DNA from: Candidatus Shapirobacteria bacterium
GTDB taxonomy: Bacteria > Patescibacteriota > Microgenomatia > UBA12405
Reading direction: 5' to 3'
DNA: 64,000 nucleotides
Assembly (NCBI GenBank): GCA_030698565.1
Contig: JAUYJS010000008.1
Span: forward strand, 86,513 to 150,512
Shown: positions 59,575-64,000 of the stretch, one piece after another
Numbering within the stretch: position 1 is the stretch's first letter
Layout: each line of letters begins with the position of its first letter
Program-made: the position numbers and the translations under genes
The notes under the pieces: generated by a model
What the model was told of the DNA's origin: nothing
Databases searched by the model: none
The model's input: the letters and a program-made list of their open reading frames with translations, nothing else

Positions 59575-60180
59575 ATGAGTGTAGAACAATATGTGGGAAT
59601 GTACAGAGAAATGGCAAAAAGAAAGGCTCCTATTCATTTTAACAATGATGAACAAAGACTTAGAATTAAATTAATGAACAAACAAGCCATAAAACTTAAT
59701 GAGCAATATTGTTATTTTAAAATTTACAATGCTATCACTCAATTTTCAGAACAAGTCTGTACTTATAAACCGGACACAACCTTGTTTTTTAGTGGATACC
59801 AAGGCGTATGGGTCAAATATTTACAAAATGGGAACAATCTATCAAATCAAGGCGTATGTGAAGATAAGCAGCGATTTAACCTTCCTGGTTCTGAATTTAG
59901 GTCCCGATTTTATTCTACTTGTCTTGTCCGATTACAATGGAATGAATCCATGATAGAAAACCAGTTAAGATCATCTCAACTTTGCTTACAACTATCTCTA
60001 GCTGAAGGAAGGTGCACCCTGGAAATGTTTGCAGGAACTACTGACTATACTCAATTTTGCAATACACCCGAATTTAGACAAAAAGTTTTTTTTGCAGAGA
60101 ATACTAGTCACAAAAAACAAATATTAGCCTTCTTGCCAGCTGAAATAATTGAAACTTGTGCTGATGCTGGTTTAATCTAA
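59575..60180 (+). CDS. Hypothetical Cys-rich protein
   Basis: 201-aa ORF with no motif. Confidence 0.35.
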   Translation: MSVEQYVGMYREMAKRKAPIHFNNDEQRLRIKLMNKQAIKLNEQYCYFKIYNAITQFSEQVCTYKPDTTLFFSGYQGVWVKYLQNGNNLSNQGVCEDKQRFNLPGSEFRSRFYSTCLVRLQWNESMIENQLRSSQLCLQLSLAEGRCTLEMFAGTTDYTQFCNTPEFRQKVFFAENTSHKKQILAFLPAEIIETCADAGLI

Positions 60181-60184
60181 ATAA

Positions 60185-60808
60185 TTAAGCCCTAAATAGT
60201 TCCAACCACTTTAAATAAATCGATTTTTTCTTAATTAATTTTCTTTTATTAAGCAATTCCAACACTTTTTCTGGCCGGTCAACTATTTCATAAACTTCCT
60301 GCTCTTTCTTTTCCAAATTTAAATCCCAGACTAATGTACTTATTATTTCTCTCCAAAAATCACCAAAAAATATTAAAGGTTCATGATGGCCAAATTCAAA
60401 TTTAGCCTTGCTCCACACCAATCCAACTTCCGCCAAAGTTCCAGTACCACCTTTAAAAATTACAAAAGCATCAGCAATTTCGACTATTTTATTTAATCTT
60501 TCTTCATAAAACTGCAATTCATATTTTTTATCAACCAAGTCAGTATTTTCATGGCTTTCACCTTCAAAATTTTTTGGTACCTTTTTTGGATCAATAACAA
60601 CTGCTTGCACTTGTCCACTCCCAGCCTTGGCTCCTAAAGTAGCTGCCAACATCACCCCGGGTCCGCCACCATTGGCAATAATATAACCGTTTTCCGCCAA
60701 TAACTTGGCAGTTTCAAATGCACCAATAAAATGGGCATCTGTTTTTTGAGCATCCGCATCGCCAAAAAAAGCCACAATTTTTATTTGTTTATTTGTTTTA
60801 TTTAGCAT
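60185..60808 (-). CDS. LOG-family protein (TIGR00730, cytokinin riboside 5'-monophosphate phosphoribohydrolase-like)
   Basis: 'GGGPGVMLAA' and 'FKGGTGTLAEV'. Confidence 0.8.
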   Translation of the reverse strand: MLNKTNKQIKIVAFFGDADAQKTDAHFIGAFETAKLLAENGYIIANGGGPGVMLAATLGAKAGSGQVQAVVIDPKKVPKNFEGESHENTDLVDKKYELQFYEERLNKIVEIADAFVIFKGGTGTLAEVGLVWSKAKFEFGHHEPLIFFGDFWREIISTLVWDLNLEKKEQEVYEIVDRPEKVLELLNKRKLIKKKSIYLKWLELFRA

Positions 60809-61433
60809 TAGTCAATTGCTCCCAGTTCATTTCAACGTTACCATTAAAAACAGCACCACCGCAATAAGCGATATCGGCCCCGGCCTTTTTAATTAATTCT
60901 AAATTATCTAAATTAACTCCTCCATCTACACCAATTAAAAATTTTAACCCTTCTTTCTGTCTTAAATTAGATAAATCCTCAATTTTATCTATTACTTTAT
61001 TGTCAAAATCTTGCGGTTCAAAACCAGCTTTCCGAGCCATAAGTAAAACCACATCAGTGTCTTCAGGAATATTTTCAATTTTTGTTTCAATATCAAATCC
61101 TAGTCCTGCCTCAACGCCACTATCTTTTATTTCTTTAACAAATTCATTGAGATCATCCATCATTTCTACTTGCCCTATTATTCGACTAGCACCAGCAAAA
61201 ATATTTTTTTCAATCCACTTTTGCGGTTCTTTGACCATCAAATGTGTTTCCCATAAAGTCTTATTAGTATCAAAATTTATTTTAGTTAAAAGTTCCAATT
61301 GAAAACTTCTACCTTCTGAATAAATGCCATCAATTACATCAATCTGAATCCATTGAGACATGTCTTTAATCAATTTAATTTTGTATTGAGCTTGAGAAAA
61401 ATCTTTATCAAGAATAGTAGGAATTATCTGCAC
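60798..61433 (-). CDS. rpe: Ribulose-phosphate 3-epimerase
   Basis: 'IDVIDG', 'THLMV', 'VDGGVN' and 'YCGGAVF' in the canonical order. Confidence 0.75.
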   Translation of the reverse strand: MQIIPTILDKDFSQAQYKIKLIKDMSQWIQIDVIDGIYSEGRSFQLELLTKINFDTNKTLWETHLMVKEPQKWIEKNIFAGASRIIGQVEMMDDLNEFVKEIKDSGVEAGLGFDIETKIENIPEDTDVVLLMARKAGFEPQDFDNKVIDKIEDLSNLRQKEGLKFLIGVDGGVNLDNLELIKKAGADIAYCGGAVFNGNVEMNWEQLTNAK

Positions 61434-61754
61434 ATTTCGATTCTAACATTAAAATTACTTAAATATTTGCATTTTTTATATCTCTTGCCTATAATCCCCG
61501 CATATGGCTCAAGAAAAACAACCAACTAACAATCATGGTTCAATGCATAGTAATTTTTGGGATGGAAACAAACCCCCACTTCACAAATTTTTAGCAGAGC
61601 AAAGAAAAGCTGAATCCAAACAATTGCCAAATAATGTAGAAAATCCGGAACAATTAGTTCATAGGCGCATAAAAATAATCGACTAGTTCATGTCGCCCGA
61701 AAACATTCAACTAGAACGAACGACAAAGGCTGGACTATTTAATTAAAATAAATA

Positions 61755-62042
61755 TTGTGTGATATTATACGGATTATGTCACAAGAAAAATTTACTGATA
61801 TAGGGATGAGAATAGACGCCTTAATAGACAAGGCAGGAGTCAGCCCTAGCCCAACAGGAAGCATTGCGGTTTTTAATATGGCATTCTCTTGTTTAGATCG
61901 ACAAGGATTAAGACCTGAAGATTATGGTATCAACGAAGATGGTATTCGGGGAATTGTTGAAAGACAGTCTGGATCGCCAAGTTACAAGGCCGCAGTTGCC
62001 CAAAAAACTCAAGAATTGATTAATTTATATTTCAACAAATAA
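61755..62042 (+). CDS. Small hypothetical protein
   Basis: 95-aa ORF upstream of gap. Weak support. Confidence 0.3.
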   Translation: MCDIIRIMSQEKFTDIGMRIDALIDKAGVSPSPTGSIAVFNMAFSCLDRQGLRPEDYGINEDGIRGIVERQSGSPSYKAAVAQKTQELINLYFNK

Positions 62043-62044
62043 TT

Positions 62045-63082
62045 TTATCTCCCCACCCAAATCGCCATTTCGATTAGTCGACAGCTGTAACCGTACTCAT
62101 TGTCGTACCAAACCCCAATAGAAATCATATCGTCGGAAATGACTTTGGTCATTCGTGCGTCAATAACACAGGAGGCATTGTTGCCGATAATATCGGAAGA
62201 AACTAATGGCTCGTACGACACTTTTAGTTTACCAACTAATTTCGGGTCCACACTGGCTTCTTCAAAAATACTATTAACTTCTTCCACAGTTACTTTTCTG
62301 ACTAATTTAAAAGTTAAATCGGAATAAGAACCGCAAATTACTGGCACTCGAATTGCCGTACCTCCAAATCTTCCTTTAGCTTCGGGATAAGCCGCAATAA
62401 CTGCTTCAGCTGCACCAGTCGAAGTCGGCACAATATTGATAGCCGCCGCCCTAGCACGTCGGGGGTCTTTACTCACCCCATCAACTAAATTTTGATTAGT
62501 AGTGTAGGCATGAATCGTAGTCAATACTCCTTCTTGAAAACCAATTTTTTCGTCAATTAGCTTGACGATTGGAGCTACGCAATTAGTAGTACAAGATCCA
62601 TTGGAAACTAATTTTTCCCCATCATATCGATCTTCGTTTACACCTAAAATAAAAACTGGAATTTTGGGATCCTTGGCCGGGGCGCTAATAACCACTTTTT
62701 TGGCTCCGCCTTTTAAATGAGCCAAGGCTTTGTTGTCCGTAAAAGCACCAGTACATTCCAAAACCACATCCACCCCATAATTTTTCCAAGGAATTTTACT
62801 AGGATCTTTTTGCCCTAAAACCGGAATAATATGATCACCAATTTCTAATCGTCCAATTTCATTACTTTTTTCCGCATCGGAAAAAGATACTTTAAAAGGG
62901 GAGCGACCATAAACCGAATCATATTTAAACTGCAAAGCGTAAGTTTCCATATCAAATTCCCCGGTCGTATTTATAGCCCCGACTTCGACATCATATTTTT
63001 CCAAAAGGATAGCTCTTAAAATCACTGTACCAATCCGCCCGAACCCATTAATTCCAATCTTTAATTTTTTATCTTTTCTCAT
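62045..63082 (-). CDS. gap: Glyceraldehyde-3-phosphate dehydrogenase
   Basis: 'INGFGRIGT' and 'SNGSCTTNCVAP'. Confidence 0.95.
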   Translation of the reverse strand: MRKDKKLKIGINGFGRIGTVILRAILLEKYDVEVGAINTTGEFDMETYALQFKYDSVYGRSPFKVSFSDAEKSNEIGRLEIGDHIIPVLGQKDPSKIPWKNYGVDVVLECTGAFTDNKALAHLKGGAKKVVISAPAKDPKIPVFILGVNEDRYDGEKLVSNGSCTTNCVAPIVKLIDEKIGFQEGVLTTIHAYTTNQNLVDGVSKDPRRARAAAINIVPTSTGAAEAVIAAYPEAKGRFGGTAIRVPVICGSYSDLTFKLVRKVTVEEVNSIFEEASVDPKLVGKLKVSYEPLVSSDIIGNNASCVIDARMTKVISDDMISIGVWYDNEYGYSCRLIEMAIWVGR

Positions 63083-63131
63083 GGATTAATCATAGACAAA
63101 AATTAATCTCTTGTCCATTAAATTCAAGCTC

Positions 63132-64000
63132 TTATTCCCAAGCTGGTAGTGTATCTTTTGTCAAAAATTCCAATATTACTCCGCCACCACTACAAATAAA
63201 ATCAATTCTGTCTTTTAGTCCAAGATTAACAATCGAAGCAGTAGTGTCTCCTCCGGCAATGACTTTATATGCGTTTGATTCAGCCACTGCTTTAGCAATT
63301 TCTTCAGTTCCATTTCTATCATCTTCTGATTCATACATTCCCATTGCCCCCGCCCAAATTATCGTTCTGCTTTGCAGAATTATTTCTTTGAATTTTTCAA
63401 TATCATTTTGACTCAAATCAAAACCACTTTCATCCAACTCCGCTACTCTGATCTTGTCATCCTGAACTCGTTTCAGGATCTCTTGATCAATTAATTTAGG
63501 TAATTTTCCCCCAATCAATATCTGATCCGCAATTTTTTCTAACTCCGGTAAATATTTTAATTTGTCCTCTTTGGCCCCGCCCAAAATTATAGTTAGGGGA
63601 CGATCTGGATTAACAATTAATTTACTGATGGCATTTGCTTCGGCAATAAAATTTATTCCATAAAATGCAGGTAACTTGTGGTGCAGCATAATTGACGCCT
63701 GTTTTCTGTGGGCGACCGCAAAAGCATCGTTCACAAACACATCAACTAACGAGATTAAATTTTCCAAAAATTTAGGATCATTATTTTGTTCCCCAGGCCA
63801 GAATCTCAAGTTTTCTAAAAACACCATATTATTTTCAGCCAAAGCCAAATCGATTTTTTTCGCATCATTTAAATCATCAATAAAAACACTATCGTAAATA
63901 TTTTGGCCCTTTTCTAATAAAGCCATTAATTCCACATAAGCCTGTTTTAAACTCAAATTATTATCGATTCCCTGGGGCCTACCCCTATGTCCAATTATTA
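63132..64000 (-). CDS. pgk: Phosphoglycerate kinase. The N-terminus lies beyond the window end.
   Basis: C-terminal 'CSGGGVILEFL'. The reading frame continues to position 64000 and includes 'IGHRGRPQG'. Confidence 0.9.
   Translation of the reverse strand, partial: IIGHRGRPQGIDNNLSLKQAYVELMALLEKGQNIYDSVFIDDLNDAKKIDLALAENNMVFLENLRFWPGEQNNDPKFLENLISLVDVFVNDAFAVAHRKQASIMLHHKLPAFYGINFIAEANAISKLIVNPDRPLTIILGGAKEDKLKYLPELEKIADQILIGGKLPKLIDQEILKRVQDDKIRVAELDESGFDLSQNDIEKFKEIILQSRTIIWAGAMGMYESEDDRNGTEEIAKAVAESNAYKVIAGGDTTASIVNLGLKDRIDFICSGGGVILEFLTKDTLPAWE

Overview
The window is AT-rich (roughly one-third GC) and gene-dense, on both strands. Its gene content looks like a reduced-genome bacterium of the Patescibacteria/CPR type: both class A PBPs, split transketolase, many small hypothetical and membrane proteins. 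That assignment is inference. I can support about 75 protein-coding genes, 6 tRNAs, and no rRNA, CRISPR array or transposase.

Recognisable blocks:
- A SAM/methyl-cycle operon: metK, a PfkB adenosine-kinase-like gene, and ahcY.
- Glycolysis and pentose-phosphate genes: gap, pgk, eno, a phosphoglycerate-mutase-family gene, class II fba, split tkt, and rpe.
- groES-groEL followed by a clean intrinsic terminator.
- Two tandem class A PBPs, and two ABC exporters.
- An ABC-F ATPase, and an ECF sigma with a putative anti-sigma partner.
- Four NUDIX-fold genes, including idi.
- tdk, a GGDEF diguanylate cyclase, and a patatin-like lipase.
- A membrane glycosyltransferase cluster (GT2-like, GT39/83-like, WecA/MraY-like) next to a PEGA/SH3b lipoprotein and a CapA-family protein.

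The best candidates for something undescribed:
1. A 1244-aa cytoplasmic protein (48109-51843). Its C-terminal ~350 aa carries the three motifs of the YbdK/GCS2 carboxylate-amine ligase family, in the right order and spacing. They are fused to an ~850-aa region I cannot assign.
2. A ~40-nt conserved motif found five times in the same orientation between 7.1 and 17.7 kb, always intergenic.
3. A ~600-bp GC-enriched, ORF-free region full of hairpins between groEL and idi. It is most likely a structured ncRNA, but I could not classify it by eye.
4. A dense cluster of ACGT-centred palindromes on both sides of tRNA-Ser(GCU).
5. A family of GC-rich palindromic hairpins sharing a GTAGRGRCG core, three of them stacked in one divergent intergenic region.

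Smaller items are a tandem 58-bp repeat at a tRNA, a possible metK leader structure, an in-frame 29-bp direct repeat inside the CapA gene, and a poly-C/poly-G hairpin. All functional calls rest on motifs I recognised by eye. No database searches were run.
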